A DNA stretch of 64,000 nt, taken from IMG/VR virus record IMGVR_UViG_3300024272_000021; one strand, given 5' to 3'. Positions 29,760 to 37,999 of the stretch are shown piece after piece. This DNA is from a virus. Taxonomy: Duplodnaviria; Heunggongvirae; Uroviricota; Caudoviricetes. How positions within the stretch are numbered: position 1 is the first letter of the stretch; each line of letters opens with the position of its first letter. A model generated the notes under the pieces. The model ran no database searches, had not been told where the DNA came from, and saw only the letters and a list, made by a program, of their open reading frames with translations. A program made the translations under genes and the position numbers.

Positions 29760-30336
29760 AGTCTCCCTTCTTAACTAACAGCCAGACTTCTTCATGTTCT
29801 ATACCAAAGTCCAACGCTTCACTATGATTCTGGACTAATACGTCTATGTGCTGACCTTTAACTGCGCCGCCAACATCTTGCACTTCTCGAAATCCGACTC
29901 CATCAATATAAATAAGAGATCCGTTAGGTAATACATTCCAATCTGCAGCTACAGTCCAGCCAATCTCGGTAGGTTTGCCCGATGCTGTCATATGATCGCC
30001 GTAACCACAAATATGTTCATATTCAGAATCACAATAATAAGTAATTTTAAAATCACCCATATAAACCAGTTCATATTCCGTAGTTTTTAGGTCAGAAATC
30101 GTTGTGTTTGCAGCAGTCAACTCTTTAGTCGTCCGATTAAGTTCAACGCCTAATTCATCTGATTTTCTAGACTCCAGCTCTAAGTTTTCAACGGTTGTTG
30201 AGAGTTCGTCCCTTGTTGCTTTTAGTTCACTATTTAGATACGCACCCCAAGCAAATAAAGACAAAATAAGCGCTGCAACAACAAAAGATATTATACTAAA
30301 AATTATAGACTTAATCATTTTCTCTAATCCTTTCAA
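29743..30336 (-). CDS. 3D-domain (MltA-like) cell-wall-associated protein with an N-terminal TM helix and coiled coil
   Basis: TM segment plus C-terminal DFKITYYCDSEYEH...ASGKPT...VAAD...IDGVG 3D-like motifs. Confidence 0.45.
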   Translation of the reverse strand: MKGLEKMIKSIIFSIISFVVAALILSLFAWGAYLNSELKATRDELSTTVENLELESRKSDELGVELNRTTKELTAANTTISDLKTTEYELVYMGDFKITYYCDSEYEHICGYGDHMTASGKPTEIGWTVAADWNVLPNGSLIYIDGVGFREVQDVGGAVKGQHIDVLVQNHSEALDFGIEHEEVWLLVKKGDLTIQN

Positions 30337-31438
30337 TTAACTTAGTAATAATATTCACTGCAACATTTATTTCCTCTTCTGTATTGTATTCATTTAATGT
30401 AAGGCGAATTGTATTAAATACTTGTTCATCTGTCAAACCAATACTTTTAAGAGTTTTGCTTGGTCTAGGACTATAAGAATTACAAGCTGAGCTTTTACTA
30501 ATATATAACCCCTGCAAAGAACAAAGAGTTACTAGGCGCTCTGCATTTACGCCATCTATAGTAAGAGAAATATTATTTTTAAGTCTAGCCTCAGATAAAT
30601 AGGTTCCGTTTAATGAAGTTCCATCAATCTGCAATAACTTATTTAAGAGTTTATTTCTAAGCTTTTCTATATACTCTGACGCATTATGTTGACGTGTAAT
30701 TTCAAGAGCTTTGCCAAAGGCGGCAATAAGGTGCGTAGGGTAAGTACCTCCACGAATTCCACTCTGTTGAGTACCATAAATCAGTGGATGTAAATTAATA
30801 CCTTTTCTTACGTATAGAATGCCAATACCCTTACAACATCCTAGTTTTTGCCCGGAAGCAGATAGCAGATCTATTCCGTATTTTTTTACGTCAATAGGCA
30901 TTTCGGGAAGAACTTGAGTAGCATCTACATGAAGCAACCCGCCATTATCATGTACGAGTTTAGAAATAGATTTAATATCTTGTATTACTCCAATTTCTGA
31001 ATTACCAAAGCATATACTGACTAAGAACTGATGCTTGATTTTTCTAGAAGAAAGAATTTTTTCTTGAAGATCTTCAAGATCAATAAAACCTTTCTGGTTA
31101 TTATTTACAAACATATAAAAATATTTAAACAGATTTTTCTCAATAAAACTATAAATAGAAGAATGCTCTAATTGTGTAGTAATTATATCCTGGGGATCAA
31201 TGCCTAAAATTGCAAGGCTATTACTTTCTGTGGCTCCCGATGTCCAGATAATCTCGCCTTCGTCGCAGTTAAGATCTGTTGCTACTATCTGTGCCGCATT
31301 GTTGATAATAAGACGGGCGTCGTCTCCCATAGCATGAGATGAGCTGGCGTTGCCCCAATGATTTGTAAGAACATCTGTAATTGTATCTATTACTTCTGGA
31401 TATGGTTTAGTGCTTGCCGCATTATCTAAATAGATCAT
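30311..31438 (-). CDS. Cysteine desulfurase (class V aminotransferase, NifS/IscS-like)
   Basis: MIYLDNAASTKP start, SASGQKLG PLP-lysine region, 375 aa. Confidence 0.7.
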   Translation of the reverse strand: MIYLDNAASTKPYPEVIDTITDVLTNHWGNASSSHAMGDDARLIINNAAQIVATDLNCDEGEIIWTSGATESNSLAILGIDPQDIITTQLEHSSIYSFIEKNLFKYFYMFVNNNQKGFIDLEDLQEKILSSRKIKHQFLVSICFGNSEIGVIQDIKSISKLVHDNGGLLHVDATQVLPEMPIDVKKYGIDLLSASGQKLGCCKGIGILYVRKGINLHPLIYGTQQSGIRGGTYPTHLIAAFGKALEITRQHNASEYIEKLRNKLLNKLLQIDGTSLNGTYLSEARLKNNISLTIDGVNAERLVTLCSLQGLYISKSSACNSYSPRPSKTLKSIGLTDEQVFNTIRLTLNEYNTEEEINVAVNIITKLIERIREND

Positions 31439-31516
31439 GGATGATTATTCCTTTCTACATTAATTTTGTATTGTTATTATATCATATATTTTTATTTTGT
31501 CAAGACATAAAAAATA

Positions 31517-31543
31517 GACCGAGGATTACTCCTCGGCCTTAAC
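31517..31543 (-). terminator. Rho-independent terminator
   Basis: gaccgagga/tcctcggcc hairpin followed by TATTTTTTATG on the minus strand. Confidence 0.5.
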
Positions 31544-31544
31544 A

Positions 31545-32453
31545 TTATTCAATATCAATGGGTATTACGGTGTTGCTGCCACCAGTAACCTGAGGAAGAG
31601 CACCATTCCAAGATTCATACTTCATCATTTCAAGTATTTCAGGCGTCAAAGATTCAGCGATAAGCTTATTTGCATCGGCTTCGGCCTGAGCACGAGTAAT
31701 TATTACGTGTGCATCTGCATCGGCGATTATCCTCGCCTTTTCAGCATCTGCCTCTGCAGCTATTCTTGCCTTTTCGGCGTCTGTTTCGGCGGCAATAATA
31801 TCGCGCTTAGCTGCTTCTTCTGCTTCCATAGTAAGGCGTTCCTGTTCGGTTTCTGCGGTCAGTTTTTCCTGAGTGGCCACCTGCTTATTTTCAACAGCAG
31901 CAGTAAAGGCGTCAGTAAAATCAATATCTTCAATAGATATACTAGTAACAGTTATGCCATAAGGAGAAAGATCTGTCTGCATCAGTTCTAGAATTTCAGT
32001 TGCGAGTATTCCGCGATTTTCTACTAGCGCTTCGGCAGAATAACGTGCTATTACAATCTTAGTATTTTCAGTAAGACGAGGCTGAATTAGAATCGCTTCA
32101 TAATCATTACCAACGGTAACAAACAGCGTCGGAGCACTCTGTTCATCGATGTTATAACTTACGCAAATCGAAACATCTACCTGCTGAATATCTGCCGAAA
32201 AAGCCATAGTGCTCATGTCGTACTTCTGTGTACGAGTACTGACAGAATTAATCTTGTCAAAAAAGCCCTTAACGTGAAAACCAGGAGCGAGAACTTCATC
32301 TTTTACTTTACCAAAGGTAGTTACAACGCCTACGCTTGCAGTGGGAACCTTACCAAAGAAACCATAAGAAGGTTCAAGAATGTCGATTACAATAAAGGTG
32401 AGAACGATACAACAGAGAACAGATAGGAATTTTGTCATACTAATTTCCTCCAT
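31545..32453 (-). CDS. SPFH/band-7 domain membrane protein with C-terminal tandem AE(A/T)DAEKARI repeats
   Basis: N-terminal TM, VVTTFGKVKDEVLAPGFHVK band-7 region, repeated AAETDAEKARIAAEADAEKARI. Confidence 0.6.
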   Translation of the reverse strand: MEEISMTKFLSVLCCIVLTFIVIDILEPSYGFFGKVPTASVGVVTTFGKVKDEVLAPGFHVKGFFDKINSVSTRTQKYDMSTMAFSADIQQVDVSICVSYNIDEQSAPTLFVTVGNDYEAILIQPRLTENTKIVIARYSAEALVENRGILATEILELMQTDLSPYGITVTSISIEDIDFTDAFTAAVENKQVATQEKLTAETEQERLTMEAEEAAKRDIIAAETDAEKARIAAEADAEKARIIADADAHVIITRAQAEADANKLIAESLTPEILEMMKYESWNGALPQVTGGSNTVIPIDIE

Positions 32454-32534
32454 TTATTTTATGGCAGTTAGGTCTGCCGCCCACACATCTGCTATTTGAT
32501 AAGTAGTTGCGCGTTTTGTTATCTTATCTACTCG

Positions 32535-32611
32535 TGGTCGGGGTGACAGGACTCGAACCTGCGGCCCCATGCTCCCAAAGCACGTGCGCTACCAAACTGC
32601 GCCACACCCCG
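32535..32611 (-). tRNA. tRNA-Pro (anticodon UGG), CCA encoded
   Basis: cloverleaf folded by hand: acceptor CGGGGTG/CACCCCG, anticodon loop TTTGGGA, T-arm GGTTCGAGTCC. Confidence 0.8.
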
Positions 32612-32734
32612 TTATGAAATTGACGGCTTGCATACTTTTGGCTAACGACTGCCGTCATGCCGAGTAAATTCATTACTATATCCCATTCTAACTTCTGCGA
32701 ACTATCACCTATATGGGCAAGTCGGTTAGTTCTG

Positions 32735-32844
32735 TGGTGGACGGGGAATGGATTCGAACCATCGTAGTTCATCTTTACCTAGGATAGTGTGACTGAACAC
32801 AGGACTTACACACCCTGCCCCTTTGACCACTCGGACACCCGTCC
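32735..32844 (-). tRNA. Class II tRNA, Tyr-like (GTA), 110 nt, with an apparent 8-nt anticodon loop and a 35-nt variable arm
   Basis: acceptor GGACGGG/CCCGTCC plus CCA; D-arm GTCCGAGTGGTCAAAGG resembles bacterial tRNA-Tyr; anticodon region CAGGG-TGTGTAAG-TCCTG. Confidence 0.55.
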
Positions 32845-32993
32845 ATAAATTGGTTCCGTTTTCAAAGTTACATCTCAGCTTACCGAAACGGTTTCCATAA
32901 ACTTTAGGCATCTCACTTTTTCGTTAGGTGCAACGCTGCTTCTAGTACCACATATTAGCCTGTGTTTGAGAAGTAGTAACAATCAACCCAGCC

Positions 32994-33069
32994 TGGTGCT
33001 ACAGATGGGAGTCGAACCCATAAACGCTTGATTTTGAGTCAAGATGATATGCCAATTCTCTACTGTAGC
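32994..33069 (-). tRNA. Class I tRNA with anticodon CAA (reads UUG), 76 nt, CCA encoded
   Basis: acceptor GCTACAG/CTGTAGC, anticodon stem CTTGA/TCAAG, loop CTCAAAA, T-arm GGGTTCGACTCCC. Confidence 0.65.
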
Positions 33070-33072
33070 ATA

Positions 33073-33159
33073 TGGTGCGCGTGAAGCGATTTGAACGCTC
33101 AATCCCTACCGGGCGCGAGATTTTAAGTCTCGAATGTATTCCGATTCCATCACACGCGC
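33073..33159 (-). tRNA. tRNA-Leu (anticodon UAA), class II, CCA encoded
   Basis: anticodon arm CGAGA-CTTAAAA-TCTCG, long variable arm, T-arm GCGTTCAAATCGC. Confidence 0.75.
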
Positions 33160-33344
33160 ATATTAAATCAGTATTTGAGCTATAGGACTTTCACCTATAG
33201 GAGCAATGGTTGGATTGACTGCGCATATCGTACCAACAGGTCTTTATTATAATCTCATAGGATTATATATTTGTAATAAAGCCGACCAAGCTTGTAATTA
33301 TTGCATTGCTTTTTCATATTTTGTACTTTTAAGAGATCTTCTAC

Positions 33345-33417
33345 CGAAGTCAATTGGACTTGAACCAAATCCCTGCGAGCTACGCACTCGCCGTGCTGTC
33401 CGCCTACACCAGACTTC
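33345..33417 (-). ncRNA. tRNA-like RNA with imperfect cloverleaf (stem-loop GCGAG-TGCGTAG-CTCGC, T-arm TTCAAGT), no CCA; sits immediately downstream of the Ro60-like gene
   Basis: 7-bp terminal stem GAAGTCT/AGACTTC, T-loop-like GGTTCAAGTCC, non-canonical position 33. Confidence 0.4.
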
Positions 33418-33530
33418 TAAATCCCTGCTCCCTAATAGATGCTATTGTACAGATAGCGTATTCTATTAGCTGTACGTGGAGCATACTCAATATGGCTTTG
33501 TACTCACTACTCAAATATTATATTTTTAAA

Positions 33531-35126
33531 TTACCAGGTTAGTGCTTCCTCAACAGGAGCATAACGTTCAGAGTTCAGAGTTTCCAGTAGACACTCATAA
33601 GGATCAGTCTTGCCACTCATGACCATCTTTGCAACGTTAACGGAGAAGCCGCTAACCAGTGCCACACCAAGTTCATTTTCCTTTACAGGAATAGTACCGG
33701 TGCGAGAATTTACATTCCAGAACACAAGACGAGGAATCTGGTATCCTGCATCCGCATACCTCTTAGCAATTACGTCGAACAGTCGCTTATCAGGATTGCT
33801 GCCATATCTACCATTACCACACCTTGCGCAACTGTTAAATTCCATATCAGAGATAATCAGAATATTCTTAGGTAGTTCTTCCTGATGCATATGGTTATTA
33901 ATTGCAGTAGTAAGAATTAGATCGAACACCTTTTCAATATTTGTATCTGCTACTTCATTATGTGCAAAAGCAATCTGAAGCTTGTCGTGAAGAGACTTTG
34001 CCTTGCTGAAATCAACAAACTGAGGATTATGAGAGAAGGTAATATACTTGTCCTTAAATCCACCAGAGGAATGTTCCGCAAAGTAAATAGCAAGTGCATT
34101 GGCAACGTCAAGTGCTGTTACATTAGAATGAGGATCGACAGTACAAGTCATGCTACCAGAACCATCGGCTACAACAATAGTATTGTCACAACCATTAACC
34201 ATGTCAGGCAGTGCCTTCCACAGAGCCTCAATTGTTGCATCTTTTGCACCTAGACGAGAATACCAGCCGCCGTTACCCATGTACTTATGAACAACATCAT
34301 GAGGGAACAGAGTGGATGCATTAATCTTAGTTTCACCCTTTTCAAGCTTGTTAAGATATTCTCGGCGACGAGTTTCATCGTTTCTCAGGAATGCATTATT
34401 GTAGATAAGGTTTGCGCGAGAAGGAACTGCTTCATACTTAATTTCAGACCAGTTCTTATCAGACATCTTAACTTCAACAACATCAAGATACTTGCGAAGC
34501 TTACTGAGTGCCTTACGATATTCGCGCTCGGTTATGTGCAGTGCCTTACACAGCTTCTTACCATATCCCTTAGTCTTTGCAGAGGATGTATTAATAGAAG
34601 GCATCCACTTTGCGATTAGAGAAATGGAGTTTCCTGCGTTCATATTATCCCAGTCCTGCTTAAGCTGCTGATCGATAATCTTGTATATTACTTCGGCTGA
34701 TCTCTTATTATCAAGCAGACACCATAGATCGTCATAACGACCATACTCTGAAATTAGATTGATAATAGGAATAACCCTTGCAGGATTAGTTTCAATTAGA
34801 TTTTCAAGTACTACTCTGAACAGCCTACGCTCTCCAAGACCGCCACGAACATCTCTGGCATAAAACAGCCACTTCATAGCGAGAATCTCATCCTCTGCAA
34901 AAACTTTCATGAATCTCTTTGCAACTTCCGCATCAGTCATCTTGCGAAGAGATGCGACTGCGAAATTCAAATCGAGTAGTTCCTTACCAGTGGTTCTAAA
35001 TCCAACCATTCCATTTTCAGTGATGGAAACATTGTACTCGTTGTTTAGAGTCTGCTTAACTGCGTTCATAAATTCCATTGTATTTTCCTCCATTTTTGAT
35101 TTTATTCCTAAAACCTCAAGACACAT
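33531..35126 (-). CDS. Helical N-terminal domain plus C-terminal vWA/MIDAS protein; Ro60/TROVE-vWA-like (DUF2828-type) architecture
   Basis: VVADGSGSM MIDAS motif about 200 aa from the C-terminus; long helical N-region; 531 aa. Confidence 0.5.
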   Translation of the reverse strand: MCLEVLGIKSKMEENTMEFMNAVKQTLNNEYNVSITENGMVGFRTTGKELLDLNFAVASLRKMTDAEVAKRFMKVFAEDEILAMKWLFYARDVRGGLGERRLFRVVLENLIETNPARVIPIINLISEYGRYDDLWCLLDNKRSAEVIYKIIDQQLKQDWDNMNAGNSISLIAKWMPSINTSSAKTKGYGKKLCKALHITEREYRKALSKLRKYLDVVEVKMSDKNWSEIKYEAVPSRANLIYNNAFLRNDETRRREYLNKLEKGETKINASTLFPHDVVHKYMGNGGWYSRLGAKDATIEALWKALPDMVNGCDNTIVVADGSGSMTCTVDPHSNVTALDVANALAIYFAEHSSGGFKDKYITFSHNPQFVDFSKAKSLHDKLQIAFAHNEVADTNIEKVFDLILTTAINNHMHQEELPKNILIISDMEFNSCARCGNGRYGSNPDKRLFDVIAKRYADAGYQIPRLVFWNVNSRTGTIPVKENELGVALVSGFSVNVAKMVMSGKTDPYECLLETLNSERYAPVEEALTW

Positions 35127-35279
35127 ATTACGTATTTAGATTAAAAGTCTAAGCGTTATATAAGGTTGCTGTTCGTGCCTTTGGAGGTTTTATTTCACGA
35201 GAGACAATAAATATTTCTTAATTCTTGGCAAGAAAAACTTAAATGAGATTGCTGTTTGTCTCTCTTATTAAATTAGGTT

Positions 35280-35396
35280 TGGTCGAGCGAGAATGAGTCG
35301 AACATCCGTCTGCGGCTCCCAAAGCAATATCAAATTGCAGTTAAAGTCTTCATCAAGACTCAATTTTACGCCGTGCTACCGTTGCACCATCGCTCG
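35280..35396 (-). tRNA. Elongated tRNA-like gene (117 nt) with a ~40-nt internal insertion, CCA encoded; anticodon unresolved (contains a TTTGGGA Pro-like loop sequence)
   Basis: acceptor CGAGCGA/TCGCTCG, D-arm GTGC-AACGGTA-GCAC, T-arm GGATG-TTCGACT-CATTC; internal hairpins GTCTT-GATG-AAGAC and GCAAT-TTGAT-ATTGC. Confidence 0.45.
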
Positions 35397-35405
35397 ATAT
35401 AAAGT

Positions 35406-35531
35406 TTGCCAGAGGTGGGGCTCGAACCCACGACCACGAGCTTACAAGGCTATATCTGTAAACTTGCTGTACGTGAAATTTTCATTTCACGTTGGTTGAT
35501 GTACGTGCTCTAACCAACTGAGCTACTCTGG
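35406..35531 (-). tRNA. Elongated tRNA-like gene (126 nt) with a ~50-nt insertion holding a perfect 9-bp hairpin and the ACAGCAA motif
   Basis: acceptor GCCAGAG/CTCTGGC, D-arm GCTC-AGTTGGTTA-GAGC, T-arm GTGGG-TTCGAGC-CCCAC; direct repeat ACGTACA flanks part of the insertion. Confidence 0.45.
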
Positions 35532-35537
35532 CATATA

Positions 35538-35651
35538 GTGTGGGAGAAAGGAGTTGAACCTTTAACACTCGGATTCCTTGAAAGCTTGCTGTTAGTGGCA
35601 ATCATGTCACATTTAAGACTTGTCTGATGCTCTGCCATTGAGCTACTCCCA
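35538..35651 (-). tRNA. Elongated tRNA-like gene (114 nt) with a ~40-nt insertion containing the ACAGCAA motif
   Basis: acceptor GTGGGAG/CTCCCAC, D-arm GCTC-AATGGCA-GAGC, T-arm AAAGG-TTCAACT-CCTTT. Confidence 0.45.
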
Positions 35652-35660
35652 CATATAAAG

Positions 35661-35763
35661 TTGCGGCGGATGAGATTCGAACTCATGTAGTATCCTTATA
35701 CTAGAACATTGCTGTATGTATCTTAACTAGATGCGTTAGCCTTAAACCACTCGGCCACCGCCG
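35661..35763 (-). tRNA. Class II Ser-like tRNA (103 nt) with an ~18-nt extra segment in the anticodon-arm region containing ACAGCAA
   Basis: GCGGCGG-TG-GCCGAGTGGTTTAAGGC 5' half matches bacterial tRNA-Ser; variable-arm hairpin TAGTAT-AAGG-ATACTA; T-arm ATGAG-TTCGAAT-CTCAT. Confidence 0.45.
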
Positions 35764-35998
35764 CATATTCAATTAGTGGGATTTTAGAGAACTCTCGGAA
35801 TCGAACCAAGAAGCAACATATTTCCAGTATGTTTATGTAAAAATTGCTGTTCGTGCCACCCACTCGATGCACTTTAAAGCTGCCACCAGACGTTCTCATG
35901 TTTCAAGACGCATAATTTAAAGGCGGTTCAGACCTTTTAAAAGTAGAAACATAATAACTTAAAATCTTATTAATCTTTAAATTTGCTGTATGCGTCTT

Positions 35999-36017
35999 TC
36001 ATTAATTTTGTACTGTC
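35999..36017 (-). promoter_or_regulatory. Conserved promoter-like motif copy placed to drive leftward transcription of tRNA array 2
   Basis: cattaattttgtactgtcg; only a 10-codon mini-ORF follows. Confidence 0.5.
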
Positions 36018-36083
36018 GTTTGAACTGGATACAGTATAACATATATTCCATGTTCTGTCAATAGGGTTTCTAAATCTTAACAA

Positions 36084-36156
36084 AGCGTCCCAGGAGAGAT
36101 TCGAACTCCCGATCCACGGCTTAGAAGGCCGTTGCCTTATCCACTGGGCCACTGGG
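36084..36156 (-). tRNA. tRNA-Arg (anticodon UCU)
   Basis: acceptor GTCCCAG/CTGGGAC, anticodon arm ACGGC-CTTCTAA-GCCGT, T-arm GGGAG-TTCGAAT-CTCTC. Confidence 0.8.
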
Positions 36157-36248
36157 ACATAAGTGCATGGTAGTATATTCTGACGTCACGCCCCCATGCT
36201 GAGCGACTCTTTATCCTGAGTAAGGCGTGTTATCCTTCCGAATAACTA

Positions 36249-36341
36249 TGGCGGAGGTGGTGAGCTTCGAACTCACGCGCCGCATTTCTGCGACCTAAGA
36301 GGTTAGCAACCCCTCCCCTTCAACCACTTGGGTACACCTCC
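36249..36341 (-). tRNA. tRNA-Ser (anticodon GCU), class II, CCA encoded
   Basis: acceptor GGAGGTG/CACCTCC, anticodon loop TTGCTAA, long variable arm, T-arm GTGAG-TTCGAAG-CTCAC. Confidence 0.75.
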
Positions 36342-36347
36342 ATAGAG

Positions 36348-36434
36348 CGGAAGGAGTGGGATTTGAACCCACGGTAGTTTTACCTACGCTGGTTTTCAAG
36401 ACCAGTGCAATAAACCGGACTCTGCCACCCTTCC
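36348..36434 (-). tRNA. tRNA-Ser (anticodon UGA), class II
   Basis: GGAAGGGTGGCAGAGTCCGG...CTGGTCTTGAAAACCAG resembles bacterial tRNA-Ser(UGA); T-arm GTGGG-TTCAAAT-CCCAC. Confidence 0.75.
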
Positions 36435-36577
36435 GTATAACAACTACTTATTTTCCAGCAGTCGAATTCTGCGCTTAATCTTGTTAATAATATTCTCATT
36501 CGCAACAGGATCTCGCTGCTGTAGCATATGCATTCTCATCTTAAGCATTTCAATCTTACTGTTCATCTTACTTCCTC

Positions 36578-36790
36578 CTAATTATGTGTCTTCCATACGA
36601 AGTTACAGTGCTTACTATCCGAACAATCACAAGTGTCATCGTTTGCACAAAAGAAACATGGTGAAATTCCCTTTGCACACTTCTCGAAGTCGGATTCCAT
36701 GTCCTTAAACATAGCCTTGAGGTTAGCAATTTCATCGAGCATATTCTGTCGTTCCATTGCTGTCAGTTCGTTATGCATTACTGTTACCAC
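36578..36790 (-). CDS. Hypothetical Cys-rich small protein
   Basis: ORF. Confidence 0.35.
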   Translation of the reverse strand: MVTVMHNELTAMERQNMLDEIANLKAMFKDMESDFEKCAKGISPCFFCANDDTCDCSDSKHCNFVWKTHN

Positions 36791-36810
36791 CTTTGTAATT
36801 TAATTTAATA

Positions 36811-36885
36811 TGGAGGCCCAAGTCGGGAACGATCCGACGACTAGGGGTTACAAATCCCTTATTTTGCCAACTAAACTATTGGGCC
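36811..36885 (-). tRNA. tRNA-Thr (anticodon UGU), CCA encoded
   Basis: acceptor GGCCCAA/TTGGGCC, anticodon loop TTTGTAA, T-arm GTCGG-ATCGTTC-CCGAC. Confidence 0.65.
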
Positions 36886-36932
36886 ATATCTTATGGAAGC
36901 TTCGTCTCAAACTGGTTTACCAACCATTAACT

Positions 36933-37451
36933 TTATGTTGTTATATTATATTTTTTACGACCTTTTCGTCCATTGCCTATGTTCCCTGCTTTATATGTTT
37001 CAGTTAAAGAATGACAATTAGGACAAAGAAGCTCTAAATTATCTTCTAAATTATTAGTATAATCTCCATCTTTATGATGAACCTCAAGCGGAATCTTTCC
37101 GGTAAATAAATTCATTTCATTCCAACCACATTTACAGCATTTGTTATCATATTTTTCAATCAAATATCTCTTTATATAGCTTGAAATTGCATAAGGTTTT
37201 ACAATTCCGTCCTCTTGTCCATTCTTCCATCTTTCTATATAATTTACATATTCAAAATCACGTTGACACTTCGGAGAGCAATATTTTTGATTTTCTAGAG
37301 GCATTTCCCTTCCACAGTTTATACAATATTTATGTTTCTTTTCTTTTCGAATATTATTATAAGACGCCGCACAACTATTATTACAAAACTGTTTTATTTT
37401 GTATTCACTAGGGCTCATTTCTTTAATAGGTATATCTTGATTGCAATACAA
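36933..37451 (-). CDS. HNH endonuclease embedded in the tRNA region; the reading frame stays open upstream to about 37690 without an ATG, so the true start is uncertain
   Basis: EVHHKDGDYTNNLEDNLELLCPNCH HNH motif plus several CxxC pairs; track start is a TTG codon. Confidence 0.6.
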   Translation of the reverse strand: MYCNQDIPIKEMSPSEYKIKQFCNNSCAASYNNIRKEKKHKYCINCGREMPLENQKYCSPKCQRDFEYVNYIERWKNGQEDGIVKPYAISSYIKRYLIEKYDNKCCKCGWNEMNLFTGKIPLEVHHKDGDYTNNLEDNLELLCPNCHSLTETYKAGNIGNGRKGRKKYNITT

Positions 37452-37916
37452 ACATTTATTTTTATTATTTTTATACCATGTATCACGTTGTTCTTGTGTT
37501 AATTTGCTCCAGTGACTGCATTTTTGAACGTTTTTATTTTTAAAATCTCCAATTACTCCCGTTTTTATGAATCCACAGTCTTGGCATTCTCCATTATATA
37601 AATAACGTCCATATTTATCTTTTTCTTCTAATAATTTAATAATTTTATATATGCCAAACTGGCATCCTACATAAATATTTGGATTTATCCCATAATATCA
37701 ATCACTTCTTTTGTTGATAATAAAATGGCTGGGGATAGAGGTTCTGCCCCCCTACTTTTTGAGTCAAAGTCAAATGTACTGCTATTATACGAATCCCCAT
37801 TAGGTGGTTAACTAACTCTCTTACAACAACCAAGGATCAACACAGATTCGAACTGAGTTCCCCACCAGCTTCACACCAACGCCAAAGCTTAAGACCCAAG
37901 GTTTAGAGTTTAATAT

Positions 37917-37992
37917 TGGAGCAATAGACGAGTCTCGAACTCGCAACCCTCGGCTTGGAAGGCCGATACTCTACCAATTGAGCTACTACTGC
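37917..37992 (-). tRNA. tRNA-Gly (anticodon UCC), CCA encoded
   Basis: acceptor GCAGTAG/CTATTGC, anticodon arm TCGGC-CTTCCAA-GCCGA, T-arm GCGAG-TTCGAGA-CTCGT. Confidence 0.8.
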
Positions 37993-37999
37993 ATGTTAG

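Larger units (their letters stand above)
35166..35988 (+). repeat. Seven same-orientation copies of a short motif aa(a)TTGCTGT(a/t)(c/t)GT(g) interspersed with and inside minus-strand tRNA-like genes
   Basis: copies at 35166, 35249, 35463, 35585, 35708, 35843 and 35982; several are followed by short hairpins such as acgtgaaat-tttc-atttcacgt. Confidence 0.6.

Noticed and set aside
33206-33542. Plus-strand ORFs 33206-33469 and 33354-33542
   Set aside because: They overlap the tRNA-like RNA and the intergenic region of the tRNA array, and have no start motif or homology-like features. Treated as spurious.
37800-37916. Possible additional tRNA around the palindromic ttcgaa at 37845
   Set aside because: No acceptor/T-stem pairing better than 3-5 bp could be drawn on either strand. 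It may be a decayed tRNA remnant.
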